From assembly GCF_016433145.1 (NCBI RefSeq), contig NC_058130.1, positions 738,225,051 through 738,289,050 on the forward strand: a DNA stretch of 64,000 nucleotides, given 5' to 3'. This stretch comes from Gracilinanus agilis. Taxonomy: Eukaryota. A model generated the notes under the pieces. It was not told where the DNA came from. It saw nothing but the letters and a program-made list of their open reading frames with translations, and did not search any database. Positions 35,801 to 50,800 of this stretch are shown one piece after another; position 1 is the stretch's first letter, and each line of letters begins with the position of its first letter. A program made the translations under genes and the position numbers.

Positions 35801-38800
35801 TGACCATGGCACTTGCGCAAGGTCACATGGCATGAAACCAAATGTCTTTTTTTCCCTTTAAACCTTGACCTTCTATCTAAGAATCAATACTAAGTATCCA
35901 TTCCAAAGCAGAAGAGCAGTAAGTGGGATTAAGTGATTTGCCCAAGGTCACACAGGTAGGAAGTATGAGGTCAGATCTGAAACCAGGACCTCCCATCTCT
36001 GGGCCTGGCTCTCAATCTACTGAGCTACCCAGCTGCCCCCAAACCAAATGTCTCAACTCCTCTCTAATGCATTTTGCATTATACCAGGCTGGAGTCCTGA
36101 GCGGTCGACAGCTCCATGTTCTTAGTTAATCTAATCCTCACTCATGCTACTTCTAGCCGTTTGGGGGATGAGGCTAAGGGAAAAAAGAAGGATCAGCTTC
36201 TTCCTGAACTAGCTTCTGACCACACTGTATAACACACCTGGGATCTATTCAGATTCCCATAATTTCAGTGGCACATAAAGAACTTAGAGAAAAACCAGTC
36301 AAGAGCAACTTGAAGGATGGGATAAGGAACAAAAAGAAAGGTGAAAAGAACTGAATCACTATCAATTCTCCTAATGGAAGGCTATATTGACATTGATAAG
36401 CCCAAATTAAGAATAATCCAAATCTCATTTCTACTTGGCATGGAAATATATGTCCACATCTACATATTAGTAAATACTTTCCCACTCCCAATTTGCTCAC
36501 TGAGCTACCTGTGTGGATAGAGGTGGAGGGGGGTAACTTGGAAAGGGTTGCAGACAGGATCAAAATGTTCCCACAAATGACCCCTAAATCATCTTCCCTC
36601 AGTAGGTTTGCCATCCAGGACAAGTTATACTTGTGTGTCCTCATCTTCATACCAATGCAGTCCCAAATGAGAGACAACATCACAAGATGAGAAGGCATCT
36701 ATAGAAGTTGAGGGGGTGAGGGAAGGGGAAAGAGAAAGGAGTCTGATCCTCCTTTCCACTTAAGAGATAGAAGCAATGTGCTGTAATGGTGCAGACAGTG
36801 GATCTGGGAACAGTAATCCTGGCTCAACTCTTTACTGGTTATGTGATTTTGAGCAAGTCCCTTTGCTTTGGTGTCTCAGTTTCTTCATTTGTAAAAGGGA
36901 GATAATAATAAATATATCTGTCTAGTACTTAATACTTTCAAAACACTCACACAAGCTCTCATTTGAGCCTCAAGACATGTCTAAGGTACGGCAGGCCTTG
37001 TCTCCATTTTATAGATGATGAAACTAAGGCTCAGCTATATTAAATGATTCAGTCAAGGTCATGTGGCTCTTGAGCTCCAGAGCACACACTATAACTCAGT
37101 TTTTCTGATTCCCATTTCAGAGATTTTTTTTTTACTACCTATACCTCAAGGGTATCTATGTGGATCAAAAGTGATAATACATGTGATAATAATTTTCAAA
37201 AGAATTCAGAGATAAATTTCAAAAGAATAAAAAGTGCATTACAAGTTTAAGTTATTACTATTGCTGATGGAGTTGGGGTGGTTTTGTGATGAATGAATGT
37301 GTAAATGAATGTATAAACTTCAGGAATATATATGTACATAGGTGTAGTGTATATATAGATATATCTACCTCTTTATATATAGCAGCAGTTAGTAAAAATC
37401 ATTCATACCTTCCTTGGCAGCTACCTCCCTGAGGAGTCTCCCTGAGACTCCACAAAGCTGGGAATCAAATCTGGAGTATCAGAGGGGACATCCACCCAGA
37501 AAGTAAGCTCTAAGACCTGTCTCTACTTTGCCAGAAATTAGGTGGTTTGAGGAAAGAAAGGGTGAGTAGGCCTGGAAGTTTGCATCTGAAGGTGGAGCTG
37601 AGGAACTGTTTCACAGACCGTGTAGAAATAAATGAGTAAGCCTGAGAGGTTTTGCCACATTAGGACAAGTGTTTCCACTGGTGAGAACCTGGTTTTGATT
37701 CCCAACTTTAAATATCATTCCCTTTTTCCTAATTTCATTATATGTCTTCAAAATTTGTAATTACTGTATACCTTCCCATAGATGAAAGATGCTAGAACAT
37801 CTCCATCATGTTTTCTTAGCCTCTGCTTTTGCTTCTTTCAGAGAAAAACGCTTGTTTGGAGAGCTAAATTTGGCAGTTTGGTCAAGTCTGACTCAGCAAA
37901 ACATCATGTAAAAAAGGCTTAGGACATGAAGAAAAACAGTTGACATTTATATACTGCTCTAGGGTTTACAAAGTACTCTCATATATTTCTACCAAGAAGT
38001 TAGCTGGTCTAGGAAGTTGTAAGGTATCACTCCATTTTACAAATGAGGAAATTTAAGGCTCAGAGAGATGGCTCCACTGCCATCTCCCTTTCTCTGACTC
38101 TGACTCTTTCCAAATATGAGAGATTGTGTGAATGAAGGCTGAGTTATATTACTTTGAAAAGGCAATTAACTCTGCTTCATTAGACCATCTACCTGTCATA
38201 AAGTAGAGTTCACTTCACCACTTCCAAATTAATAATATACAAATTCCTTTTATGATCTCGGGAGATTTCAAAGCCTCCCTTGGTCACCAATTCTTATCGA
38301 TGATTAAACTGACCTTTCTGCTTCGGTTTAACCCCATGTCTGTTCAAAAAAAATCTCAGAGGTGGAAGATTTCAGAGGCCACCTAGTCCAACTAGTTCAG
38401 TCATATACTATTCTAATGACAAGATTTGGGGTTTTCTTGGCAAAGATACTGGAGTGGTCCACCATTTCCTTCTCCAGCTTATTTTACAGATGAGGAAATT
38501 GAGACAAACAGGATTAAGTGACTTGTTCAGGATCTCATAGGGTCTAAGGCCTTATTTGAACTCAGGTCTTACTGACTTCAGGCCTGATACTCTATCCACA
38601 GCTATCTGCCCAGGGTAGCCAGGACTATCTTTTACCTCTTTTTATATTCCCAGCACAGTGCTTGGCACACAGTAGGCACTTAATAAATGTTTACTGAATG
38701 AATAAAAACTGTAATACAATGGTCAAAATACTGGGTTTAAAGTAAGAGCTAGGTTCAAGTTCTGTTTCTGAAATTTGCTGGCTGTGAAACCTTGGGCAGG

Positions 38801-41800
38801 TCACTTCCTTTTTCACAAACTCATTGAATCATTGGGTTTGGCAGGGTCCCTGCAAATCAGGGCTAATGTGTAACAGAACGAATTTGGGCAAGTTGTTTAT
38901 CTCTGTGGTTCTCAGTTTCCTTGGCTTCCAAATAGAGATAATATCACCTCATAACCTACCTAACTCATAGGTGTGAGGATCAAGTGACATAACATAGATT
39001 CGATTTTGTTAACCCCTACAGAGACGCACAAAAATCATCATCACTATAACTAAGACTGGGGGGGAGGGGGGTGCTTACACTCAGAGCTGGGCTATGGGCG
39101 CCCTCTAGTGGAAGGATGATCAAAGTCTAACAGCTGCAATAGGAGTGATGGGACTGAGCTGAGGGGCAGCCAATGATGGGTAAAGATACCAAGGAGTAGT
39201 ACGCTGTTACTGTCAAGCACAGAACCCCACAGTTGGGAGGGGCCATCACTTTTTTTTATGCCCGTACCTTCTATCTTAGTATCAGTTTTAAGACAGAAGA
39301 GCAATGAGAGCTAGTCAATTGGGACTGAGTGACTTGCCCAGCGTCACACAACTAGGAAGTGGCTGAGGTCAGGTTTGAATCCAAGGACTTCCTTACTCCA
39401 GTCCTGATCCTCTATTCACTGTGCCTGATCCAACAGTAACCCTAACTAATGGTTATCTAGTCTGTGTTTGAAAACTTCCAGTGATGGGGTACACACTCTT
39501 TCAAAGCAAACTCATCAGTTTGGACAGCTGTCTTGGGAAGTTTTTTCTGATCTGACTATCTCTTTGTAACTTCTTCCAGATGTTCCTTGACTTGTCTTCT
39601 GGACCCAAGTAGAATATGTCCAAATCCATCTTCCACATGAAAATAATTGTTTTGTTCCCCTTTAATCTTTCCTCCAACCTCATTCTTGTTCCTTCAAATA
39701 GCTTTTAGGTAACCTACACTCAAACCAGTGATGATGAACCTTTTAGAGAGGTGAGTGATGTGAGAAATGTCCTCAGGCTCATGCGGAGAAGGGGAGGGGA
39801 ACAGCCCGGCCTCACATCCCTCTGGCTTTCTAGTAACAAACTCTGGTTGCCCACAGAGAGGGCTCTGAGTACCATAGGTTCTCCATCATGGCTCTAGACC
39901 AGTGATTCCCAAAGTGGGCGCCACCGCTCCCTGGTGGGTGCTGCAGCAATCCAGGGGGGTGGTGATGGCCACAAGTGCATTTATCTTTCCTATTAATTGC
40001 TATTAAAATAAAAAAAAATTAATTTCCAGGGGGCTAAGTAATATTTTTTTCTGGAAAGGGGGCGGTAGGCCAAAAAAGTTTGGGAACCACTGTTCTAGAC
40101 CCTGCAACACTACAGCTATCTTCCTCTGCAGACACTTCAGTTTGTCAATATCCTTTATAAAATCTGAGGCCCAGAAATGAATTCAAGCCTTCCGATGGAG
40201 GCTAAGTGCAGAAGGCAGCAGAATGATCACCTCCGTTGTCTTGGATCCTATGTTTCTCAGCACAGTATTAGATGAAGCTAGTTTTGGGGACATCACATGG
40301 TTCTTTATCTCCTTTTGCCTGCCTTGCCTCTTCTCCCCTGTCTCTATCACAGGTCTGCTAGGGCCCTTCCTAAATCCCACTGGGCTACAGAGGTTTCTGG
40401 CCCCTGGGTTAGTAGAAATGGAGAATCTAAGAGAAAATCAAGCCAATGCAAATCTCTAAGTACTCTTATAATCTTTATCCAGGGGGCAGGCAGCTAATTC
40501 AGAACAGTGGTTTATATAGGACTTTAAGGAGTGGCAAAGAGAAAAGATGGGCAGTCTCAATCACTGAGGAGCTAGAAGTATTTCCAGCTCCAAAAAACTG
40601 GTATTTGTATCTCTCCTCCCAAGATCTGTTAATTAAATGACTGGGGTTGATCAATCTCTAGATCAAAGAATTAGTGCCATCCCTCAGAGGAGGCTGCCAG
40701 TTTAGGTTCAGTTTGGAGTGGGAAGGAATAATTTTTAGGGCCAAGAACTTACTTTTATCTCTATCTGTTCCTCCATCTCTTTGTTTTTGATGGCAGCATA
40801 TTCCTTCTCCAACCTATAAGGAAGAGCAACTCCAGTTCAATTCTAGTCAAGTACCACCTCTTCAGCCCCTCTTGTACCACCTCATTTCTTTATGAGAAAC
40901 TCCTGATAAGGAGTTCCTGGTCCACCCCAACTACTTCCCAAGGATTGAGAGTCCCACACACTGACCTTTTCATCTTCTTGGGATTGTACTTGACCTGGTA
41001 GGCCTTGAGAATCAGCTTGTCAGGACAGCTATCAAACTGATGGGGTATCACCTTTTGGAAGTACTGTGGAGACACACCTAGTCATAGCTACCCCTCCCAC
41101 CACAGAACCCCATCAGGGTCCCTGACCAGTAATAGTCACCAGCTACCCCCAACCCTTACAGTTGTTTGCCCTAGAGCAAGGTATCTACTGGTGGGCAGCT
41201 AAGAATGGTTTTTGCATTTTTTTTAATACAAGAAAACTTTATTACAAATGTAAAATCCATCCTTAACTTGCTGGGATCCCACAAAGACAAGCCAGTGCCC
41301 TAGAGGGTTAATGGTAGACAGCATTCTAATTCTTCCCCTTTCCAGTTCCCCACACCAGGATTACCCCTCAATCCAGCTATTCCCTGGATCAGGGAATCTG
41401 GATCAGGGCTCTGATTTAAGACACAGTAGGAATGAATCAAGAGACAAAGATCTATAAAGGACCCAAACAATTGATTGTTTTTGACAGGGAAAAGAAATGT
41501 AGGAGAGAGAATATAGCCAGCCAGATTACTCAAGGTTCCTAAAGCTCTCTTAAACATCCTTCAGACTCAGGGCCAGGTTTTTTCAAAAGCAGACATTGTG
41601 AGGAGGAAGAGAAAAGGAAAGGATGCTTTAAAAAGACAAGGTTTTCAGAATGACAAGGAAGGCAAGAAAGAGACAAGGCAAGTGTTGGAGGTACCTAAGG
41701 ACCGTTCTGAGAATACTAGGTTTACCTGAACGAAAGTGAATTGAGCAAAGGAGAAATCTGGAATAGCATACACCTGGAAAGAGCCTTGAAGCAAAGAGGG

Positions 41801-44800
41801 AGGCACTTTATCTTAAAGAAGGCTAAAATGAGGTGGGATTTGAGAAAGGGAACCTTCCTCAGCCAAAGTCATCCCGTCTAACTTAAGATGGCAGAGCACT
41901 GGAAACAAAAACCCTGGGCCTTTACAGCCCCCAGCAAAAGGGTTAAATGTTAGAAACAGCCCAGCACAGCTTAGGGTAGGCTGGCAACAGGAGGTGGGGG
42001 GAGGGAAAAGGATTCAAGGAGATTGGCTCCTGCTCTTCTACCACAAGCTGGCCTCTCGGGTTGAATACAACGGATCCCCCTGTGTCTGTGGACACAACTG
42101 CTGCCTTTGTGTATTCTTCCCTGAAACACCAGCTGGGAAACATTGGGGGGGGGGGGAGGAACGGGGAAGAGGTGGAAAATCAACCTCTTCCCCCAGTAAG
42201 GCTCTGTCCCAGGATTGTTTATTCTCTTTCTCCTGGGTCTGACCTATTGGCTAGGCCATCCCAGACAGAAACCATGCCCAATGCCATGCCTATTTGATTA
42301 TTCTAATTTACCGTAAAGCACATTCTGCAGCATGTGGCTTCAGGGAACCCAAGCTGGAGGCAGAAGACAGAACAATGTGTTCTACCCTCCTTTTCTATGC
42401 CCTCTGCATTCCCTTCATGCCCTATATGCCAGGAATGGCCTGACTAGCAAATTCACTCTCTTGCCCCTCCTTCAGATCCTTGTCCGCTATTTATTTCCAC
42501 CAGGAAGGCCTCTGAAATAGCCTTCAGATTCCTAGATATGTTGAAAAAAGGCTTAAGGGTAATCTAATTCCTTATTTCTCCCAAATCAGGTCTTACCTTA
42601 TTTTAATATATTTTCTAAATGCAAGATGTGAATCTTGTCTATATGAGGCTCACAGCCTCTCCCTCCCCCCACTCACTTGTGACATGCCCTCCATGTCCAG
42701 CTGCATCAGCTCCATCTGGTTCACCTGCAGTAGGGCCAGACCTACCCGGAACACAATTTCCAGTCCCTGCAATGGGAAGAAGTTGCCTGTTTTTACAATG
42801 AGGGCCAGAGATGCTGGCTCCATCTATTTCTCACCTCTTAGTCCTAGGTCTGCTATATTTGAAATGCCAAGCAGGATGGGGTGAAAAGAGACCTTACTAA
42901 GTAGGAAGAAGTCAAAAAAGGGAGCAGAATATAGCAAATAGAGCAAGGCTAGAGAAAGTTAAGGAGGAAAGAGAAAATCATGAATTAGTTGGCAAAGAAG
43001 AGAACCGGACTGTTATCCTTGGGCCTGTTGACACTAAACTAGGTCACTGTGAATTCTACCCTTCAACAAGTCCTGCCAAATCATAGCCCTCACCTCATAC
43101 ATAAAGATGTCAAAAACTCGAGTGGCAATTGGCAAGGGGAAGGTTGTGAGGAAGAGTGTGAGGAACCAGGATGAGGCATACATGGAGGTATGGAAGCTCT
43201 GGGATCGAAAGTGGATGTTCAAGTCTGGAAGCTGCTCCTGCCAAAAAATAAAGAAGAGAGAGTTCTCAGTGTTCCTCACAAGGTTTCTTCAAGATAGGCC
43301 TCTAATACAACCCACCTTGACCCCAATCATCAGCCTCAGTGAAATTGTGTTTTAGCCAGTTCATCTTTACCACAGAGGGAAGCTCATGTTCCAGTTAGTA
43401 CCCACCTTTCTTTGGCTTCTACATCAATTCTCATTTCTTTCTTTGAGCATCTCAATTCCATGTACTTCTTTCTAATTCCCTCCTTTTCCCATGGCCCTTC
43501 CCCCTAATTCCATTACATGACATTTGTAGGTCTTCTTATCACATCCCTACCCTTAACCATAGATTTTCAGGAAATCAGATGCTATAGGAGGAAAACTAAG
43601 AAAAGGAGAAGGGCATGGGGAAATTGTTAGGGTCCTTCAGGCTATCTTTCATGGAACCAGAAACAGTGAGTCTAGTGCTCCAATCATCTCCCCCCCCCAG
43701 ATCTTCCCCTGACCCCTTTGCTGACTTCTCCCAAAATGGGGAGTTTTCTGACTCTTAAGATAACATTTAGTTACATATTCAATTTTAGAACTTTTTGGGT
43801 AACTGCCTTGAGAATCATGCCATTCCTGGTAGAGAGGATAAAGGATTAAGTAATTTTTCATCAAGGGGAGGAAATAGAAATCAAATTTAAGGTAAAATTG
43901 GATTCTATTGATCCAGGTATCTGAACACCCCAGGAACTGAAGAATCTTTCTATTTCCTCAGGAATCCACATCTAATGTCTTTGGGAAGGTAAAGCGGGAG
44001 AGATTATAGAGAAGCCTTCCTCTCTTTTTGTCACTTTATTCTCCTCAATACTGAGGGGGCCAGCAGCCCCTTCCACCTGCATCTGCCTTCCTGAATGGGC
44101 CAACTTGCACAGCTCTATCTAGCAGCCACGAGCAGCGTGGGGGCTGCTATTTATAAACAAAGACGTCTGCTGGCTCTCCTTTAATAAGCAGAGGCGGGTA
44201 GACATTTTTCTCTGTTACACACTGAGACAGAGAGGAAGGAAGTGGGGAGGAATGTCTGGCTATCTTTCTCTGTCTCTCTGTCTCTGTCTCTCTGCCTCTT
44301 GCCCTCACTCTCTCCTCTCCTATATTTTATAACCTTGTTTCCTAAAGAAACATCACTTTATGCATTTTCTCAATCAACGCAGTCCAGTGAAGGGATTGGA
44401 AATCAGGGTCAGATAGAGTCAGATTCCCTCCTAAGGGAGGAATAAAAGGTGCGAAGCAATACAAAGATGGGTACACTTTCAAGTAAGGTACCTCCTCAAA
44501 GTAACTTCCTTTATAAAAGCTGCTTTTTACAGTATGTTGCCAAGAAGAGGAAGAACAGAGGGGGGGGGGGGAAAGGGGACAGAGCAGAGAAAGTGTATTT
44601 AACCCACAAGTAAGGTTTCCCTTTATGATTAAGACAGGCCACACAATTTGACATAGATAAGAGACAAAGTTTTAAATACTTCCTTCACTCTAAATTCTAA
44701 AATCCATAAAGCAGTTCTAGAAACAAGAATGGGAAGGCTTAAGAGACAACTCCAGGAAGGCAGGGGGAAACAACTCTGGCTGCTCAGGAGTTATCTGAAG

Positions 44801-47800
44801 CTATATACTTCCTCCAGGATTTTTAACAACCTGGCTCTCAGGTCTGAATCCTTCTATATGGGACACCTGGGTAGGTTCTTTTTGGGTTGATGAAGTGTCT
44901 CAGCTAACAGGGCTTGACACAATTAAAAACAGTCAAATATCCAAACCAGAGATCTGACCTTCACCAAAAAGGGCAAATCACTACATTTGATCTCCCAGAT
45001 CTCACCTGTAACATGTATTCAAACTGGTATATACAGAGCCCCAGCTCAGCCATGCTGGGTTTAAAGAGTTCCCGTAAGCGGTATTCTTGCATCAACCGGA
45101 CAAACACACAGAATGCCTCCTCCTCAGGCATCTGGGGCAGAAAGGAGAAAGACTCTATATTGAACAGGGTTCCAGACAGGATTGTAAGTTCCTCAAGGAC
45201 AGAGTAATATTCTAAATTTCTTATATCCCTTACTTGGCCTCTGCTAACACATGGGGGTAGGGAAGAGTTCTATTTGACATCACCTATACCAGCCAGTCAG
45301 GTGAGGTATTAAATAACTAAAAGGCGGGCATAGGGCTATGACTTCTTATGGTCTTTCTTTCAAATTCCAGAATGCTTCTTTTTTTTTTCTCCCATCTTTT
45401 TGTTCCCTGTCCTATTGCTAGGCCTTCTTTATGACCTAGAAGAGTTTGTCATGGCTCAATGGTGCTGAACCCTCCTTCATATCCTTCCCTCGACACTCCT
45501 CCAAAATGTCCATCCCAAGTTATCTTCAAACTCTAAAAAGGATGGAGAAAGAATGACTGCTACTTGGGATTTCTGCCCTCTGTCCTGCCACTAGGTTGTA
45601 CGAGTCAGAAAAATCTCATACAGGGACTAGCTCAGTGCCATATCATGTCTCAACATGCTACTGATGCTCAGCCTGTTTCTCCATCAAAGAATGTAGAGGT
45701 AGACAAACAAGGTAGCTCTGTGGGGCTGCCATCAGTAGGATATAAGCATTGACACAATACAGCCAAGCACTTCTACCACTCCACCCCAGGGAAGTCAAAC
45801 AACTGAATAAAAAACCACAGAATCTAGGGATTCCCAGGGTGAGAGCCACACACATGATGCATAAACAGGGGGAGACTTAGCAGGCAGCTGCTATAGGATC
45901 AGGGGCCAGGCCACTAACCTGCATTAGAAGCAGGCCAACGATGAAAGCACTGCCCTGACAGTAGCCCACCTCTCTGTCCACCAGGGAGTAAGCCTGGAAG
46001 AGAAGAAAAGAATAGTCACAATGCACCTATCGGTGCTCTGGGAACAGTAGAGCAGTTGATTCTCCCTGTAGAGGTTAGCTTAGGATCTAAGAAAATCAAG
46101 ATGTAAGATGTAAACGCTTCAGGGTCTTCCTGAAAGAAAGATCAAAAATAGACACTGGAAGCCAGCTATCTCCCATAAGTGAGTATTCCAAACTTATTGC
46201 CATATACTGAAAAAAAAATCTTTTCTCGATGAAACCCTGAAGGAAACGAGGGGCTGGAAAGCTGACTAGAGATTTCTGCAGAAGAAATGATCTCCATGTA
46301 GACTGCCTGCCCCATGCCATTTACCTTCATGACGTTGAAGAGGACCTCCTGGCCCAAACTGTCCTGCCCCTTGAAGAATTCATGTTCAGGGTAGGTCCTT
46401 GCAATGTCTCGGCGGATCAGTTTCTCACAGGGGGATGACATTTTGAGCAGTTCTGAATACTGGTTCTTCACTGGCATATCTGTAGCACTGCAGAGAAGCT
46501 GCCACACAATGGCACGGAAGTGGTGAGGGATGCCTTTCCGAATCAGCTCCTGGGGAGCAGAAGATCCAAAGTGATAGAACAGGCTACCATAGAGTTTCTG
46601 GTCCCCTCTCAGTTTAGTAGAGGAAAAGAAGCGTTAGGCTCAGAAGTTCAGGTTGGGAACAATAAGCAAAAGGTAGTTCTAAACCATATAATAGTTAATT
46701 AATAAATGCTTGCTGACAACCCTTACAGAGTTGCCTGAGACACTGGAAGGATAAGTACCTTGCCCTTGGTCAAAGAGCCAGCATGTGGTACAGGTGGGAT
46801 TTGAACTCAGATCTTCCTGAATTTGAGGTTCATTCTCTAGCCACTGAACCATATTGCTTCTCCTAAAACAGGGCTTTTTTCATGTGTCCCTTCCCTGCTC
46901 AAATACTCAGTTGTTTCTGTCTACCAAGTAGAATCAAAATTCTCACAGAAATCAATCGTAGCCTTCTATAATTTGACCAATGTATCACTCTAATCTTATC
47001 TCCCACTAGAATCATACAATCTCAGAATTAGAGGGGACCTCAGGGGTCATCTGATGGACCCTTATCTACACAACATAAATCATCTATACAAGTAGGTCAT
47101 AAAGCCTCTGCTCATATTGCCTCCAATATGAAGGTTGGCCTCTTTTAAAAAAAAAAAATTTAAACCCTTACCTTTTGTCTCAGAATGGATACTAAATATC
47201 CATTGCCCAAAGTCACATAGTTAGGAAGTATCTGAGGCCAAATTTGAACCCAGGTTCTCCCAGCTCCAGGTCTGGAACTGTATCTACTGAATGAAGGTTT
47301 CCTCTTATTATTTTGGGGCAGTTATAGTTGATGGGCAATTCTCATATGACACTGAAATATGCCTCCTTAAACCTTCTTCCCCACTGGTCTTAGTTCTGCC
47401 CACTGAACAAGTCTGCTTCTTCTTTCATGAGAGTTCTTCAAATATCTAATTACTTTTGGTAAAACTCCCCACCAAATCTTCTCTTCTAAAAGCTAAGTTC
47501 TTTAATAGGTCGTCACGTAAATATGGTTTTAAGTGTTCTCACCATTCTGGATACTTTCCTTGACTGGAAAAGCTGTCAAATGGAAGAAGGATTAAATTTG
47601 ACCTGCCTGACCCAGGAGAACAGAACTAGGAAGATGGGTAGACGTTACAAAGAGGCAAACTTGGCTTACTGTCAAGAAAACTTTCTTAACAACCTAAACT
47701 TTCCAAAAGTGGAATGAGTTGCCCAGTAGCTAGTGAGTTCCCTTTCACTGGAGATCTTCAAGCAGAGGCAAAAGCCCACTTGTCTATTTTTGGAGATATT

Positions 47801-50800
47801 TTAGTATGGGTTGTATTAGATGGCTACTGAAGTCCCTTCCATCTTTGCAATTCTGTGATTCTAATATCTTAGACCTATTCTATCTTGTCAGCCTTTAAAT
47901 TGTGGCATCCAAAACTAAACACAATAGTCTCAATGTAGATGATAGTCTCCTTTGTTTCAGTCACTGCACTTCTATTAATGTAGTTTCAGATTGCATTAGC
48001 TATTTCTGACTTATACTACACTACTGGATTATATGGGGCTTGCAGTCAACTAAAAACACCCAAGTGTTTCTCATATGAACTGACATTTGGAAATCTCCCA
48101 TCTTGTACTTAAACAGACGATTAAAAAAATCTAAGTATAAGACTTAATACTTATCCTTAATAAATTGTATCATATTAAGATCTGGCTCAACGTGTTGTGG
48201 TCAGGCAAGTCCTTTCTGGATCCTCATTCTATTATCCTAGATACTAGGTTTTCTGTTCCATTTTCACATCATCTACAAATCTGGTAAGCATGCTATCTAT
48301 GCTTTCAACTAAGTTGCTGATAAAAATATAGAACAGAACCAGGAACAGAGGAGAGCCTCAAAAAGCATACCACTAGAGACACCTCCCTCCAAGATGATAC
48401 TGAATGAATATTCTTCAGCTATATTGGACCAGTCAATGATCTTTGACCTGTCCTTCTTGACTTCTCTACATCTTCATACACTGTTGACCATCCTCTCCTC
48501 TTAGATGGGTTTTTAGGTTGCTACTCTTCTTCTAGTTCTCTGACTTGCCTCACTACTCCTTTTCAGTCTCTTTTTGCTAGTTCTAAATCCACGTAATACC
48601 TCTTAATAGTGGGTGTATCCCAATGCTTTGTCCTAGGACCTCTCCTTTCTTTTTGTACTCCCTTGACAAACTTTTTAGCTCTAAAAGGTTTAGTTATCAA
48701 TTCCATGCAGATAACTCTCAGATCTATGTATTCAGTCCCAGGCTCTTTCTTGATCCTGTTTCATATCACAGACTACCTATTGGACATTTCAAACTGAATA
48801 TCATGGAGATACATCTCTTCCTTAAAAAAAATTTTTTTTTTGTTCTGAACTTAACAAACCCCAAACAAAACTGGTATTTCCATAAATGTAGAACAGATAA
48901 AGGAATGTCCAGGAGACTTCAGATCTCCATGATATATGATTTATTTTTCTTTTTAAGTATGTAGTAATTCCTGTAGCTTTCAAAGCTGCTCTGCCTGTCT
49001 GTGTATCCTTATGGTCTTTTTGTTCTCTGAATTAAAAAACAAAACAAGCAAAACAAAAAACCCCTAGCCTCAGTAGGTTTCTTTTCTTTTTTCCTTCCCT
49101 ATCCCTATTTTCCTTTATCCTCCCACACTCATCTCACACTGATAAAGAAAAGTCATTGTAAAAAATATGCATACTCAGCAAAACAAATTCCTATGTTGGC
49201 TGTGTATCAAAATATTTGTCTTATTCTGTATCTTGAATCCATCATCTCTTTTGTCAAGAGATGGGTGGCATAATTCATCATCAGTTCTCTAGAATCATAG
49301 TTCACAGATATTTCAGACTCAATATGACCAAAACAGAATTTATTGTCTTTCCCACAAACCTTCCCTTCTACTGGACTTCCACCATTTTTTCCAGTCCTTA
49401 AGGTTAAAAACCTTGGCTTATCTTACATTCAACACTTTTTCTTATTTCCTATATCCAATCAGCAGCCAAATCCTGCCATTTCTGCTTCTATGTTTTGAAT
49501 TCACCTCCTTCTCTCTACTCACAATTGCCACCTTAATTCAGGGCTTCATTACTATTCACCTAAACTGCTGTAATGGCCTCCTCACTAGTGTTCCTGCCTC
49601 TCATCTCCCCATTCTAATATACCCTCCATTCAGCTGACAAAATGATTTTCCTTAAGTACACATCTGACCATATTACATTTCTTCTTAAATTCTAGTGGCT
49701 CCCTAATACCTACAAGATTAAAAAGAAGTTCTTCAGGGTTTTAAACCCTTTCACAAGTTGGCCCTAACTTATCATTCCAGGATCATCAAATATGCCTTCA
49801 TTCCTACTCCTATGGTCCAGTCAAATTGATCTTCTTTCTTCTGTCAATCCTGGCATTCCATTTCCTGTCTCTGTCTTCATGCCTTTGCACTGCATGTCTA
49901 TCCTTCTGAAATGGAATATGATTCTATCTTCCCTATACCTCATAAAACTGAAATAATCCCTGATTCCCTCAACTGCTAGTGACTTCCTACCCTAACTACT
50001 GTGTATTTATTTTGTATTTATCTTCTATTATATATGTGCATATTATCTCGTGAAATAGAATATAAATTTGTTGGAAAGAAGAATAATTTCCTTTTTTGGT
50101 CTCTGAATCCTTAGTGTAGTGATGGCAAACCTATGGCCCTCTCTATGGGCACATGGCTGCTCTCTCCCCACCCCTACCCCCAGAGTTCCTTTCTAGAAAG
50201 GTAGAGGGACTCAGGTGTAGCCGCTCCCTTCCCCCTCTCTCCATGGTGTCTGATGGCATTTTTTCCGCATCATCCACCCAGCAGCCCAGTGGGAGCACAT
50301 AGGGTGTAAGATGGGTGGTTCACAGGCAGCAGAGCTGGAGGGGAGAGAAGTACTTGGGTCACTCCCCTCCCCCCCTCTACATTCATTGAGGGCATTCCTT
50401 ACTTCACCAACCCCTTTGCCCAGCAGTCCAATGGGGGCACTTCCTTCCTCCCCTGTGTGGAGTAAGGGGGAAGCTGGGAGTGCCTGGCACTTGGTGGGGG
50501 GAGGGGTAGATGGTCTGGGGGAGGGTGGGCATGGCACTCCATCTCTAAAAGGTTTGCTACCACTGCCCAAGTGCCTAGCACAGTGCCTGGCACACAGCAA
50601 ATATTTAATAAATGTTTGTTGGTTCATTTGTTACTCTAACAACACTGGTACAATCCATTTCATCCTTTGCTAACCCAAAAAGTTACTATTTCTCTTCCTA
50701 AATTCTCATAAAACTGACACTAAATAACATTACAGAATTTGTCTGGGATTGATATTATGCTGACCTGTTTATAGTTTGTAGAATTCTTTCCCCTTTAAAA

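Noticed and set aside
36249-36698. 149-aa intronic ORF
   Set aside because: No recognisable domain, no convincing splice or promoter context; this length is plausible by chance in 64 kb.
41943-42183. Protein-looking ORFs behind a gtgtttcag acceptor in EVI5L intron 7
   Set aside because: The frame compatible with the upstream exon gives an unrecognisable peptide, and the more protein-like frame is out of phase; there is no support for an exon.
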